64,000 bases of DNA from Scyliorhinus canicula (Eukaryota): NCBI RefSeq assembly GCF_902713615.1, contig NC_052154.1, positions 68,902,096 to 68,966,095 on the forward strand, in the 5' to 3' direction. Within the stretch, counting starts at the first letter, position 1; every line of letters begins with the position of its first letter. Shown piece after piece: positions 38,821 to 51,640 of this stretch. The notes beneath the pieces are model-generated. The model did no database searches, had not been told where the DNA came from, and worked only from the letters and a program-made list of their open reading frames with translations. The position numbers and the translations under genes were made by a program.

Positions 38821-39795
38821 TTTCTTATTGTGGATGCTCTGCACATTCAGATGAAGTGACTTCCATATTTTTACCACTATTCCCTGCATGTACCTGATGC
38901 ACCATTACTGAAAACTCTCTGCCTCTTCTTGTCCCACTGTTTGTCTTTATACAACTTCAATAAACTTTTCTATTGACTCAACTTGTCTCTTTGGATTTTA
39001 AATCGCCCTTCATCTGAATCCCACTCCCCCCCCCCCCCCCCCCCCCCCTTGTTTAAAGCCATTTTTTCCATAATCTGGTCATTGTACTGGTACACTCTTA
39101 AATTTATATGATCTGTCATGCCCTGTCACAATCTGATTACCCGTATCGTTATCCCTGTACTGTAACTAGGTGAGTTACACTAGCAGAGAGCCTGAGAGGC
39201 CAAATATCCTCTTTCTTTTATGATTCAGTGTAATGGTACGTGTACATGGAACCCTTCATCTCTTTGGATTGCCACCTGTTCATTTTATTATTTTTATCCA
39301 ATTAGAAAGATTTTCCAAAGGGAAATGTAGGAATTATTTTACTCCCCACCTCAGCTATATGAGCATGACCTATTAATAATTACATTACAATGAGAAGCTA
39401 GAACTTTCAAACAATATTACTGAAGAATCAGTTACATTTTCAAGACACGAGATTTGACAGTTATCAGTTTATTGTTTATCTCTGATTTTATTAGTTCTGT
39501 TGTATTAGAGGGGAAAAATATAATTTCAGGACAATATTGAAGGGACACAGAGAGAGGAGAGGTCAGGGAGTGGAACTAATTGGATATCTCTTTGAAAGAA
39601 TTGGCACAGATATGATAGTCTGAGTGGTCTCCTTTGTGTGCTTAATGCATATGGGCATATACAAAGTAGAAGAAAAATAATGGATTTGTGATGTTTTCCA
39701 TCAATAGTGAAATATTTGTAAGCAGACTCATGATACTACCTATATTTTACCCATCTGTGAATAATTGTAGGGTTCTGAGCAGCAAAAAAAACAAC

Positions 39796-39878
39796 TGTCA
39801 GGAGTGGGATTCGAACCCACGCCTCCAGAGGAGACTGCGACCTGAACGCAGCGCCTTAGACCGCTCGGCCATCCTGAC
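39796..39878 (-). tRNA. tRNA-Leu(CAG), identical second copy
   Basis: Exact reverse complement of 30923-31005. T8 terminator on the minus strand at 39784-39791. Confidence 0.97.
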
Positions 39879-40750
39879 TGTGGCGGCTTTGTCGGGCGAG
39901 GCGGCTCTTGTTCGGGACGGCAGCTGTGTGTGATTTGCAGACAATAGGTGTCACCGTCATTGCCGCACCGGGGCAGCAGCTCTGATCATTATATTAGGGC
40001 CACAAATAGGCGCTGAGGGATTGAATTGAAAGGCGGACTGGAAGCCTGTGTTTTTGCCTCTCTCGCAACCGCGGTGGTCGGACATTTTTTGTTTGGCAGG
40101 GTGAACTCCCACACCCCGCCCCGGCGGGGTCAGTGACATGGCGGCGGCAGCAGCAGCAGCTCGGAAACTGAGTCGGGAAGAGGTGGCGGAGCTGGTGGCT
40201 CTGGCCCTGCGCTCCGGCCTCAGCGAGCGGGACATCGCGGGGCTGGCGTCGGTGCAGAAGCTGCTGGGCCGCTGCCGCACCCGCCGCCGAGGCCTGGGGC
40301 CTACCGCCGCCGCCCTCGTCCTGCTGCTGCTCCTCCTGCTCTGTACCCCGCTCCCCCAGCCCGCCCTCCGCCTCTGGTTCTGGCTCCGCGGCCTGTCGGC
40401 CGACAGGCAGATGTGCGTGCTGGGCTTGCCCGACCTGCACAACACCTTCCGGCGGCCCCTGGACTGCCGGGTCTGCCACAACATCACCGGCGTGGACAGG
40501 AAGAGCAACCTGAGCCACGAGGAGTTCCTGCGGGCTTACGCCTACTCCATGCAGCCGGTGGTGGTGGAGGACGGCCAGAGGAACTGGTCGGCCCGGGAGG
40601 CCTTCAGCTTCGAGTTCTTCACGCGGATCTACGACAACGACAGCCGGGCCCTGGACAACAGCGGCAGCGAGTGCCAGTTCTTCCCCTACGACACCGAGTT
40701 TCTGAACCTGGGGGATGTTTTCAGTATGGAGGCTGGCCGTGTTGGCATGC
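39879..40750. promoter_or_regulatory. CpG island / promoter and first exon of the JmjC-like gene, head-to-head with tRNA-Leu
   Basis: Very high CpG density and a CCCCGCCCC GC box about 20 bp before the ATG. Confidence 0.6.
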
Positions 40751-40781
40751 ACAGCAATGCCAAACCTTGGTACATTGGATG
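40138..40781 (+). CDS. Uncharacterised type-II membrane JmjC/cupin-like protein, coding exon 1
   Basis: GC-rich ORF in a CpG island, start context gacATGG. Basic RCRTRRR precedes hydrophobic AAALVLLLLLLLC. Motifs FRRPLDCRVC, EEFLRAYAYSMQPVVV, CQFFPYDTEF, PWYIGW. Phase-2 donor TG|GTGTGT at 40782. Confidence 0.85.
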
Positions 40782-40938
40782 GTGTGTGTGAGACCATTCA
40801 GCAATTTCAATTTCCTTGTATGGTTCGGGGAGAATTACACACACAGGAGAGAGGATAGTGGAGTACCAGTCAGTAATCTGAGCTTTTTCCTCTTCCGCGA
40901 GGAAAAGAACAGGACCTTGGAGAGCCCTCCATTTAACA

Positions 40939-42550
40939 TTGAGATCCAAAAAGACGAGGTGTTGGGCGTCTTGAAAAATATTACGGTAGATAAGTCCCCA
41001 GGGCCTGACGGGATCTACCCCAGAATAATGAAGGAGGCTAGAGAGGAAATTGCTGAGGCTTTGACAGAAATCTTTGGATCCTCATTGTCTTCAGGTGATG
41101 TCCCGGAGGACTGGAGAATAGCCGATGTTCCTTTGTTTAAGAAGGGTAGCAAGGATAATCCAGGGAACTACAGGCCGGTGAGCCTTACGTTAAATTACTG
41201 GAGAGAATTCTTCGAGACAGGATGTACTCTCATTTGGAAGCAAATTTACGTATTAGCGAGAGGCAGCACGGTTTTGTGAAGGGGAGGTCGTGTCTCACTA
41301 ACTTGATATGGTTTTTCGAAGAGGTCACAAAGATGATTGATGCAGGTAAAGCAGTGGATGTTGTCCATATGGACTTCAGTAAGGCCTTTGACAAGGCCCC
41401 TAATGGCAGACTGGTACAAAAGGGGAAGTCACACAGAATCAGGGGTGAGCTGGCAAGATGGATACAGAACTGGCTAGGTCATAGAAAGCAGAGTAGCAGC
41501 AATGGAAGGGTGCTTTTCTGATTGGAGGGCTGTGACTAGTGGTGATCCGCAGGGATCAGTGCTGGACCTTTGCTGTTTGTAGCATATATAAATGATTTGG
41601 AGGAAAATGTAACTGGTCTGATTAGTAAGTTGCAGACGACATAAAAGTTGGTGGAATTACGGATAGCGATGAGGACTGCCGGAGGATACAGCAGGATTTA
41701 GATCGTTTGGAGACTTGGGCGGAGAGATGGCAGATGGAGTTTAATCCAAACAAATGTGAGGTAATGCATTTTGGAAGGTCTAATACGGGTAGGGAATATA
41801 CAGCGAAGGGTAGAATCCTCAAGAGTATTGACTGTCAGAGAGATCTAGGTGTACAGGTCCACAGGCCACTGAAAGGGGCAACACTGGTGGAGAAGGTAGT
41901 CAAGAAGGCATACGGCATGCTCGCCTTCATTGGCCGGGGCATGGAGTATAAGAATTGGCAAGTCATGTTGCAGCTGTATAGAACCTTAGTTAGGCCACAC
42001 TTGGAGTACAGTGTTCAATTCTAGTCGCCACACTACCAGAAGGATGTGGAGGCTTTAGAGAGGGTGCAGAAGAGATTTACCAAGATGTTGCCTAGTATGG
42101 AGGGCATTAGCTATGAGGAGCGGTTGAATAAACTCGGTTTGTTCTCACTGGAATGACGGAGGTTGAAGGGCGACCTGATAGAGGTCTACAAAATTATGAG
42201 GGGCATAGACAGAGTGGATAGTGAGAGGCTTTTTTCCCAGGGTAAAGGAGTCAATTACTAGGGGGCATAGGTTTAAAGGTGCGAGGGGCAAGGTTTAGAG
42301 GAGATGTACGAGGCAAGTTTTTTTGCACAGAGGGTAGTGGGTGCCTGGAACTCGCTGCCGGAGGAGGTGGTGGCAGCAGGGACGATAGTGACGTTTAAGG
42401 GGCATCTTGACCAATACATGAATAGGATGGGAATAGAGGGATGCGGACCCAGGAAGTGTCGAAGATTTTAGTTTGGACGGGCAGCATGATCGGCGCGGGC
42501 CTGGAGGGCCGAAGGGCCTGTTCCTGTGCTGTACTTTTCTTCGTTCTTTG
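40939..42550 (+). mobile_element. 5'-truncated CR1 LINE in intron 1 of the JmjC-like gene
   Basis: KSPGPDGIYPR, QHGFVKGRSCLTNL, DFSKAFDK, LVRPHLEYSVQF with frameshifts, and CR1 tail ggccgaagggcctgttcctgtgctgtac. Confidence 0.9.
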
Positions 42551-42769
42551 AAAAGGAAAAAGTGCCAAGGGCCACGATAAGTTTGGAAGGATATGAGCGA
42601 GTTCCCTTGATTTGCTGTTATCACACATGTGGACTTCAGCGGCTAAAGATTATAGGAACATGGAGAGATGTAAATGAACAGGACCTTGGAGAGCCCTCCA
42701 TTTAACAGAAAAGGGGGCATGTGACAATCATCAACTACCGTGTAAATTGGGGCGAATGTCATGTGAACA

Positions 42770-43700
42770 AGGAGCAGGAGTAGGCCATTCTGCACTGCGA
42801 GCCTGCTCCACCAGTTAATAAGATCGTGGCTGATCTGATAGTAACTTCAAATCTGCACTCCGCCTAATCCTGATAACCTTTGCCCCCCCGCCTTGCTTAC
42901 CAAGAATCTATCCACCGCTGCCTTAAAAATATTCAAAGACTGAGTGGGATTTACTGGCTGACGGGGAAATTCTGGTCTCACGCCAGTGCATGGGTTTCCC
43001 GGTAGCGAGGGGTGCTGTCAACAGGAAATCCTGTTGCAAACAGTGGGACCGGTAGATCCCGCTGGCGAGCTGCCTTCCCAGTGCTGAAAAACACGGTGTC
43101 GGTAAATCCCACCCTCTGTTTTGGGAAGAGAGTTCAAAGATTCTCAACACTTATGGCCTCAGCTCCATTTTTGAATGAGCATCCCCTTATTTTAAATAGT
43201 GACTCCTAGTTCTAGATCCTCACACAAGAGGAAACATCCTCTCCACATCTACACTCTCAAGACCCCTCATGATCTTGTATGTTTCAATCAAATCGCCTCT
43301 TATTCTTCTAAACTCTAGCATATAAAAACCTAGCCTGTCTAACCTTTCTTCATAAAACAATCCACCAATATACCAAGTATTAGTCTGGTAAACCTTCTCT
43401 GAGCTACCTGCAATGCATTGATTGACATTTTTCTTTAAATAAGGTGACCAGTACAGTACTCCAAATATGGTCTCACTAGTGTCTAGTACAACTGAAGCAT
43501 AACCTCTATTTTTGTGTTCAATTCCCCTTGCAATAATGATTACATTTTATTAGCTTTCCTAATTACTTGCTGTACCTGCACACTAGCCTTTTGTGATTCA
43601 TGCCCTAAGACACCCAGATCCCTCTGCATCTTGGTGCTCTGCAATCTCTCAATGTTTCGATAATTTGCTTCTTCCTGTCAAAATGGGAAATTTCCCATAT
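42770..43700 (-). mobile_element. Decayed CR1 3' fragment
   Basis: Reverse-complement CR1 tail (ggagcaggagtaggccattc) and ORF2 end. Confidence 0.7.
42942..43114. mobile_element. MITE (~173 bp) within the CR1 fragment
   Basis: TIR core GTGGGATTTAC / GTAAATCCCAC (11-bp perfect), similar in style to the TIRs at 26970-28007. Confidence 0.6.
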
Positions 43701-45390
43701 TATACACTCAATTAGAGGAAACTTTGGCATTGCACAATTGTTTTAGTTAGAGGCCATGTGACAGCAACTTATTCTGAAACCGAGAAATTCAAGAGTATGG
43801 TGGTGATTCACAAAACATATGAATCTGCCATTAGCCATACTGATGGCGATGGATTAATTAAAACTTTCAAGGTGATGAATGATTTGAAAAGTGGAAACTT
43901 AATCCATAGCTTTAGAAAGGATGAGATGGATGGACAATAGAAAAGAAAGTTGGAGATCGTCTTGTGACCAGATTAATGCATGCACATTTAAATTCCAAAA
44001 GAAAGGCAGACCAACAGTGAGATTTGAGAAATTACATTAGAAAATGTTGGAGAGGGGGAAATTTACCAAAAATGGTTCACCTAATAAGGAGAACGGAAAT
44101 TGAGCAATCAGTTCGGAGGTGAAATAAATGGAAGATTCACAGACTACAAGGGATAGCTTTAGAAGTGATCTAAAGGAGTAGTGATTGCAGGGCAGGAAGG
44201 CAATAACCTGCACTTGAAAGAAATTAATTAGCAACAAGGTAGGAGGACCACAACCTGTAATCTGCCAACCATTCAAGAATTTTTATATTCCATGCATGAC
44301 ATTAGTTTTGAGTTTATGGCAAACCTTGGTTTTGGTATTGTGGACTCGTATTCAAGAAGGTGAGTTACTGAAGAATATCCTGTATAACAATCTTGCACTA
44401 AATGCAGTTGTGAATCATGTTTTGGGCCACATCTAGAAGTGTGCATCCTCCAAATTATCAAAGAAGAGGAAATCAGCATATATCTACAATTTTCCATAAA
44501 GCGCTGTTTTGATATTGCAAGCTGGTACTGATACTGTTTCGTTAGAATTGCCTGTTTATTGAACAGCAGGTGATCAGCATGTTAGATTGGCAGCATCTGT
44601 TCTCACTGTACAAGGTCACAGTGGTATATGCGCTGTTTTGCCCAGCTGTTTTATTTAATTTTTTTCCCTGGCCTCAGCATTGAAAAAGGGCCAATGTAAT
44701 ATGTAGTTAAGTGAAAAAACAGAAACTGCTGGAAAAGCTCTGGTTGGGCAGCGTCTGGGCAGAGAGAAACAGCTTTAAGAAGCCGGGCTAAAATATTAAA
44801 TGGGAATTGTGAATTAGGATAAAATTTCCAGGTGGTTATAAAGAGCAAATAAATTGTACAGACAAATTATTTTTTAAATTATTCAGGAAATGAAGGCATC
44901 TGCCCCATTCCTTGATTATGACTTTCAAGTTGAAAGATAGTGGGGAGAAAATTAAATACTCCAGCTGCACCAATTGTTTAAAATTGAACCTGTTCCAACA
45001 TGAATCTGCAGTTCTTTAGGATATGTAACCTGCAGTAAAATGCTGCGTGTTTGTAGTCCGTATTAAGATGTCATTTACATAGGATACAGTTTAGATTGGA
45101 ATGAAGAAATAGGGCCATATTTTCTGGTCTCCAGATTGACCCAGACTGAATGTATGACTGAAGATGGGCATCAGGACCCTGTGGAATACCTGACAGGTGG
45201 ATCTACATGAAAAATTTGTAGCTCAAACCACGCTCCCCCACCCCTCTTGTGCGCTCGCTGTTTATTACACCACCAGCGAGTTATTGCCGACAAATGTGGT
45301 GAAATTTGCATCTGTGGGTGTGTGGTGGCAGGAGAGGAGGGGGTGAACTAATCCCATGTGATAATGTTGACTTCTGCTTTCATCTCACAG

Positions 45391-45526
45391 GAGTAACTGT
45401 GATTCCAGTGCAGCAAGTGTCCTGAGGCAGCACTACAAGCGACCATATTTTATCCCAGCCATTTCTGAATCTAGTAAAATGGATTGGATATTCATGGGAG
45501 TACCAGGACACGGAGCCCACATGCAC
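45391..45526 (+). CDS. JmjC/cupin-like protein, coding exon 2
   Basis: tcatctcacAG|G AGT AAC TGT completes W, then SNCDSSAASVLRQHYKRPYFIPAISESSKMDWIFMGVPGHGAHMH. 136 nt, donor CAC|GTAAGA. Absent from the ORF track on this strand. Confidence 0.87.
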
Positions 45527-45737
45527 GTAAGAGTGAGAAAGTGATTGCTCATTTGTTCTAGCGAATGGCTGCATAATGTCATTGCTATAATGTAATGCCA
45601 ACACAAACTGGAGCATCTCCCTTTTGCTTTGTAGCTGCATCCTGGGCTTTAGACCGACACGTTCGAGACAGTTGTGAAACCAGAATAGGGACTGCTTGCC
45701 ACATGCCACCATTCCCAATAATGTTGAAAGTAATCTC

Positions 45738-45944
45738 GTTTTTAAAATAAATTTAGAGTACCCAATTAAGGGGCAACTTAGCTTGGTCAATTCACCTACC
45801 TGCCCATTGTTTTAGGTTGTGGTGGTGAGATCCATGCAGACACAGGGAGAATGTGCAAACTCCACGTGGACAGTGACCGGAGGTCGGGATCGAACCCAAG
45901 ACCTCAGCGCCGTGATGCAGCAGTGCTAACCGCGGTGCTGCCCC
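45738..45944 (-). mobile_element. Short HE1-like SINE
   Basis: Family core and tail. Confidence 0.78.
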
Positions 45945-46629
45945 AAATAAACCCATTCTAATGAATCTTGTACACCAATCCAGCCGAAAAGTTTGGAATT
46001 TGTCTTCATGCCAAACCTTACTGTACTTCCCAATAATTAATTGTAGGTGATGATCTAAGGTACCTGAGATATCTTGGAGCTTTATAATTCAAGAATTCTG
46101 GTAAAATCCAGCAGAATGTGCTCCTTTAACAACTTAAAAAGAAAGCATCTTATTTTACAAATTTGTTCCAATAAAATGCCATTTCCACAAGCATTTTTCT
46201 TTGCCATGCAATCCAATAGATTATATAGCAGTTGTCTGCTGTTACAAGCATAGTGTGCGGATTGACACCTGTGGAAAGGCCGTACTGTGACAAGCGCGCA
46301 TACTTTATAGCACTTCCGCAGTCAAATCAACTCCAGGGTTTCAGCCCATAGCTCTGTCGAGTAGGCAAGAGTGGAGCAAAAGAAAAGGCAGATGCATTAA
46401 CTTGAGCAGTGGAGGAGAGGCATTGGAAAAATGGTCAATGGTTACAGAGAGGGTGAGGAGGACAAGATGGGGTACCACAACATGGTTACAGTCACAGGAT
46501 GTCATCTGTGACTTTCAAATGGGTCCATTTTCTATCAGGGACGGAAACCTGATTGGACAAAAATAAGGAGTTGCAGAAAAGATGGACACAGATTTGGAGG
46601 GTGATACCACTCTCAGGAATATAAAAGGA

Positions 46630-47865
46630 GTCATAATCATAGAGGGCTGCAGCACAGAAAAGGACCTTAGGTCCATCACATCTGCGCCAGTCAAAAACAA
46701 CCGCCTAACTATTCTAATCCCATTTTCCAGCACCTGGCCCAGAGCCTTGTAGGCCCTGAGATTGCAAGTGCACATCTAAATACTTCTTAAATGCTATGAG
46801 GGTCTCTGCCACCACCACCTTTTCAGGCAGTGAGTTCCAGACTCCCACCAGCCTCTGGGTGAAAAAAGGTTTTCCTCACATCCCTTCTAAACCTGCGCCT
46901 TACTTTAAATCTATGCTCCCTGGTCATTGATCCCTCCACCAAGGGGAAAAGTTTCTTCCTGTCTACTTTATCTATGTTAATCTTTTACATCTCAATCATG
47001 TCGCTCCTCTGCTCCAAGGAAAATAACCCCAGTCTATCCAATCTCTCTTCATAACTGAAACTCTAGCCCAGGCAACATCCTGGTAAATCTCGTCTGCACC
47101 CTTTCAAGTGCTATCACATGTGGATTCAGAACTACTCCCCATGCTCCAGCTGGGGCCTAACCAACATTTTATACAGTTCCAGCATAACGTCCCTGCTCTT
47201 AAACGCAATGCCTCGGCTAATAAACGCAAGTGTACCATATGCCGCCTTAACCACTGCATCCGCCTGCTCTACTACCAAGGGTCCTCTAATTCTCTGTACT
47301 TTCCAGGGTTCTGCCATTTGTATTCCCTTGCCTTGTTTATCCTGCCCAAGTGCATTACTCATACTTATCCAGATTGAATTACATTTACCACTGATGAGCC
47401 CATCTATATCCTCCTGTAATCTAAAGTTATCCTCCTCACTATTTACCACTCCACCAATATTCATATCACCCGCGAACTTACTGATCAACCCTCCTACATT
47501 CATGTCTAAATCATTTATATAAACCCCAAACAGCTCAGGGCCCAACACTGATCCATGTGGGACCCCACTGCCTCATGCTTCTGCCACTCAGCCAATTCTG
47601 GATCCAGTTTGCCAAATTTCCTTGGATCCCATGGGCTCTTACCTTTGCTTTCAATCACCCATGTGGGACCTACGTCAAATGCATTTCGCTCATCTACACA
47701 CCTGGTCACCTCTTCTAAAAAATTCAATCAGTCATGACCTCCCCTTAACAAAACCATGCTGACAGTTCTCAATTAATCCCTGCCTCTCCAAATGCAGATT
47801 AATTCTGTCTCTCAGAATTGCTTCCAATAGCTTCCCCACCACTGAGGTTAGACTGACTGGCTGTA
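46630..47865 (-). mobile_element. Decayed CR1 fragment
   Basis: PVSLTSVVGKLLE, QHGFVKGRS, YINDLD, KFAGD, LVRPQLE remnants. Confidence 0.78.
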
Positions 47866-48469
47866 GGAAAGGGTATATTGGAAGATCGAGCAGGATTTTA
47901 TAAAGACAATGGGACCAAAAGCAATTTTGAGCTGCCCAATGTGAGGAGGATGTCCTCCACGTGAAGATGGAACTTCGTATCCACAAGGACTGTGGATGAT
48001 CACTCTTAACAATGTTATCATGGACAAGATGCTTTTACGGCAGGTAGATTGGCAAAGAGGTTTTTCTCTGCAGTTGGCCCTTTCACTACCTGATGCATGC
48101 CCAGCCTGGCAGGTATATCCTCAGGTCTTGGTCAGCTTGGACAAGAATGATGCTACCTAGCCACTATTGGTGATGGATGTGAATCTCTTATCCGGAGTAC
48201 ATTCTGTGTCCTTGCTACCCTCAGTTCTTCCAAGTGGTGTGTAACTTGGATAGTATTGATTTGTCAGCTGAGGGAGGGTGATGTGTGGTAATCAGCAGAA
48301 TATTTACATACCCATAAAATAGGCAAAATACCACAGATGCTGGAATCTGAAACCAAGAACAGAGGATGCTGGAAAAAACCAGCAGGTCTGGCAGCATCTG
48401 TAAGGAGCACAGTTAAAGCTTCGAGCCCGCTTGACTCTTTTTCAATTTCAATACCAACGTTTGATCTGA

Positions 48470-49350
48470 GTCTTCAATGGGATATAGATCAATGAAGTGA
48501 GTAGGCAAACAATTGGCAGATGAAGTATAATGTGGGGAACATGTGAGGTTATCCACTTTGGCAGGAAAAATAGAAGAGCATAATGTTATTTAAATGGTGA
48601 GACTATGGAATGCTGCATGAAAGAGGGATTTGAGTGTCCTTGTACATAAAGCACAAAAGGTCAGCGTGTAGGTATAGAAAGTAATTCGGAAGGAAAATAG
48701 AACGTTGGCCTTTATTGCAGGGGGTGGAGTATAAAGGTAAGGAAGTCTTGCTGCAACTGTACAGGGAATTGGTGATACTACACCTCAAGTACTATGTTGA
48801 TCACCTTACTCAAGGCGTGTTGGGGGGGGGGGGGGGTACCTCCTTTGGGAGCAGTTCAGAGAGGGTTCAGTGGGCTTATTCTGGGATGAGTGGTTTACCT
48901 TGTGGGGTTTGTCCTGTGAGGAAACTTCAAGTAGGTTGGGCCCATCTCCATTGGAGATAGAATGATGAGAAGTGATCTTATTGAAGCATATAAGATTCTG
49001 AGAGGTCATGACATGCTCGATGCTGAGAGACTTTACCCTTTGTGGGAATCTAGAACTAGGCTGTACAGTTTAAAAATTAGTGGCCTTCCATTTAAAATGG
49101 AGGTGAGGAAGAATTACTTCTCTTAAGGGTTGTTAATCTTTGGAATTATTTTCCCCAGAGAGCAATGGAGGCTGGATCATTGAATATATTCAAGGCACAG
49201 TTGGATAGATTTTTAATTGACAGGAGTTGAGGGTTATGATGAGAAAGCAGGAAAGTGGAGTTAAGATGACAGTTGGAACAGACATTATCTTACTGAATTG
49301 TGGAGCAGGTTTGAGGGGGCAAAATGGTCTACTCCTATTACGTTCTTGAG
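48470..49350 (+). mobile_element. Decayed CR1 3' fragment
   Basis: GVEYKGKEVLLQLYRELV remnant and a CR1 tail. Confidence 0.72.
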
Positions 49351-49550
49351 AGCCATTATACTTCATGGGGTCTGGTTGCCATGTATTAAAAACAATTTAG
49401 AGTCACTGGAGAAGGTGTCAAAAGATTTAGAGATGTTACAGAAATACAAAGTTATGCCCATCAGGAAATGAGAAACAGACTAGCTCTCTTTTCTCTTAAA
49501 AAGAGAGGCTGCTGGTCTGCCAAATAAGCAATTGGACATTTTGAAATTAA

Positions 49551-49744
49551 ATGAAGTGAAAATCGCTTATTGTCACAAGTAGGCTTCAAATGAAGTTACT
49601 GTGCAAAGCCCCTAGTCGCCACATTCCGGCGCCTGTTGGGGAGACTGGTACGGGAATTGAACCGTGCTGCTGGCTTGCCTTGGTCTGCTTTAAAAGCCAG
49701 CGATTTAGCCCTGTACTAAACCAGCCCTGTGCTAAACCAGCCCC
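49551..49744 (-). mobile_element. SINE of a second family
   Basis: Minus strand GGGGCTGGTTTAGCACAGGGCT (head partly duplicated), GGTTCAATTCC B box, tail ggcgactagggc..ttcatttgaagcctacttgtgacaataag. A related tail lies at ~34215-34330. Confidence 0.7.
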
Positions 49745-51169
49745 ATGAGACTCGTTGAAGTCTCCCACGGCTGTTCCCCACTGTGTCACTCGCTCTTGTG
49801 GGTCTGCCCTGTCAGTGGCAGCCAAAACTGATGACAAGTACCCCAGGTATGGCCTAACCAAGGTTCACTACAATTTGAGCAGAGTTTCTCTACTTTTCAA
49901 TTCTACCTTTCCAGAAACAATGCCAGTGCGGGTCAGGGGAAAGCTCTTCACTGGCTGGAGTCATACCCAGCAGAAAGGAAGATGAATGTGAACATTGGAA
50001 GCCTATCATCTCAGCCTCAGGAGTTCTTCATGGTAGTGTCCCATCATCTCCAGCTGCTTCATCAAATAACTTCCATTCCATCATAAGTTTGCGTCAGGAG
50101 TCATTGTTGAAGACTCCCAAGAGCATTCCCACTGAATGTCCATCACTATGTCATCACCTTTTGTAGGTCTGCCCTGTCAATGGAACTTGTACTGACGAGG
50201 AATCCAGAGTATAGGAAGTCCTATGTACTTATTGAAAAAAAAGGTTCCAAAGACACGGCATGGAGATAGTCTCTCCTATGCCTCCTATTTTACCATGCTG
50301 TTGAGTCAGTTCTTCTAAAACGTCATCATCACTCCATAATCAAATAAAACCAATTTAAAAATAATTTTCAATCGACAAGGACTGAACTAGAAAGACTGTT
50401 AAGTATACTTCATGGAATAACAGTACAAAAGAAGAGATTGGGCTCAGTACTAACTCTGAAGTGGATACTATCTGTTCTAATCCTGGTTCTCTTCCCTTTC
50501 CCTGTTTCCCTTTTATAATTTTCCATTTCAAATACTAAGCCATTTTTCTTTTCAACGGTGACTGTGTCCTGTCTCAATAGCCACTTGTTTTTATATTTCA
50601 ATAACCCCTCTATGAGCAAAACATTATTTTACATTTCCCCTTCATTCTTCTAACTAATGATAGTCCTGACTGTTGCATTTGTTATTGATTCATCAATCAA
50701 TGGGAATAAGTTTTCTACCGCTCTCAAACCTTTCATGATTTTTAAAACCCTTTGTTAGGCCCCGTCTCAACCTTCTTTGTCCGAATTTGTAAAAAGCCAT
50801 AATTTTTTGAACTTCCTCAAATATTTAATTCCTGGTATTAATCTTTTGATTCATTGCTGTATTTGTTTCCAGGGCTGAAATAACCTCCTGCACAAAATAC
50901 TCTATTCTGTGCCTTAACCAATGTCTTGCACAAATTCAGCATCTCTTCCCTATTTTTTTATATTCAGTGCCTATTTAGTGGTTATTTACAATAAAGGATT
51001 GTTAATTTGGTGACTGTAATTCCACTTATGGTCCATGCAGTGTGGTTTTTGTCATAACAACCTTTAAGCTGATCAATTTGGTTATGCAAATAATACAACT
51101 TGGTTCTCCGAGTCCAACAATGTCATAGCATGCTCCAATCCAAGAGAGACAAAACAAGACCTGGAGCAA

Positions 51170-51640
51170 CCTGTTCTGGCCTTCCAGGTCCTCTGCAGGT
51201 GTGTGGCACTGGAATTTAAGCATACTTTGCCTTTAAAAGAAAATGGGTTCTGTTGTACGGTTATACAGCCTGATTTACATCAACTGAAGTCTGCCACCTC
51301 ACAAGGACCTTACCAATCCACCTGCTGCTCGCCTCCCATCACACCAGCCTATATGACTAAGACCACCGTGGGAAGGAATAACAGCAAAGACCTGGTGGCA
51401 ACAGGAATGGACCCAATGCACTACCTTAAAAACCACTTCCTCATCACAGATCCCGTAGCCCACCCAGCATTGGGCACTCCTCAGCCGTTTCCACATTGGA
51501 GCCTTTGTGCAGGAAATTGGCACAAGTGGGGTCTTTCAGGGAACCCGAACTGCAGCTGTGGTGCACCCCAATCAATGACTCTCATTGAAGACTGCCCCTG
51601 ATGAAATTCAGTAGCAGGCTCCGAGAGCTCCATTTAGGGT
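51170..51640 (+). mobile_element. Old LINE ORF2 C-terminal fragment (RTE-X/Ingi-like)
   Basis: HKWGLSGNPNCSCGAPQSMTLIEDCP resembles a degenerate CCHC finger at a LINE ORF2 end. Confidence 0.45.

Noticed and set aside
39957-40797. Minus-strand ORFs of 267 and 183 aa
   Set aside because: Antisense shadows of a high-GC3 exon with no motifs.
40413-41279. 288-aa plus-strand ORF
   Set aside because: Chance fusion of an off-frame reading of the GC-rich exon, intron sequence and CR1 ORF2.
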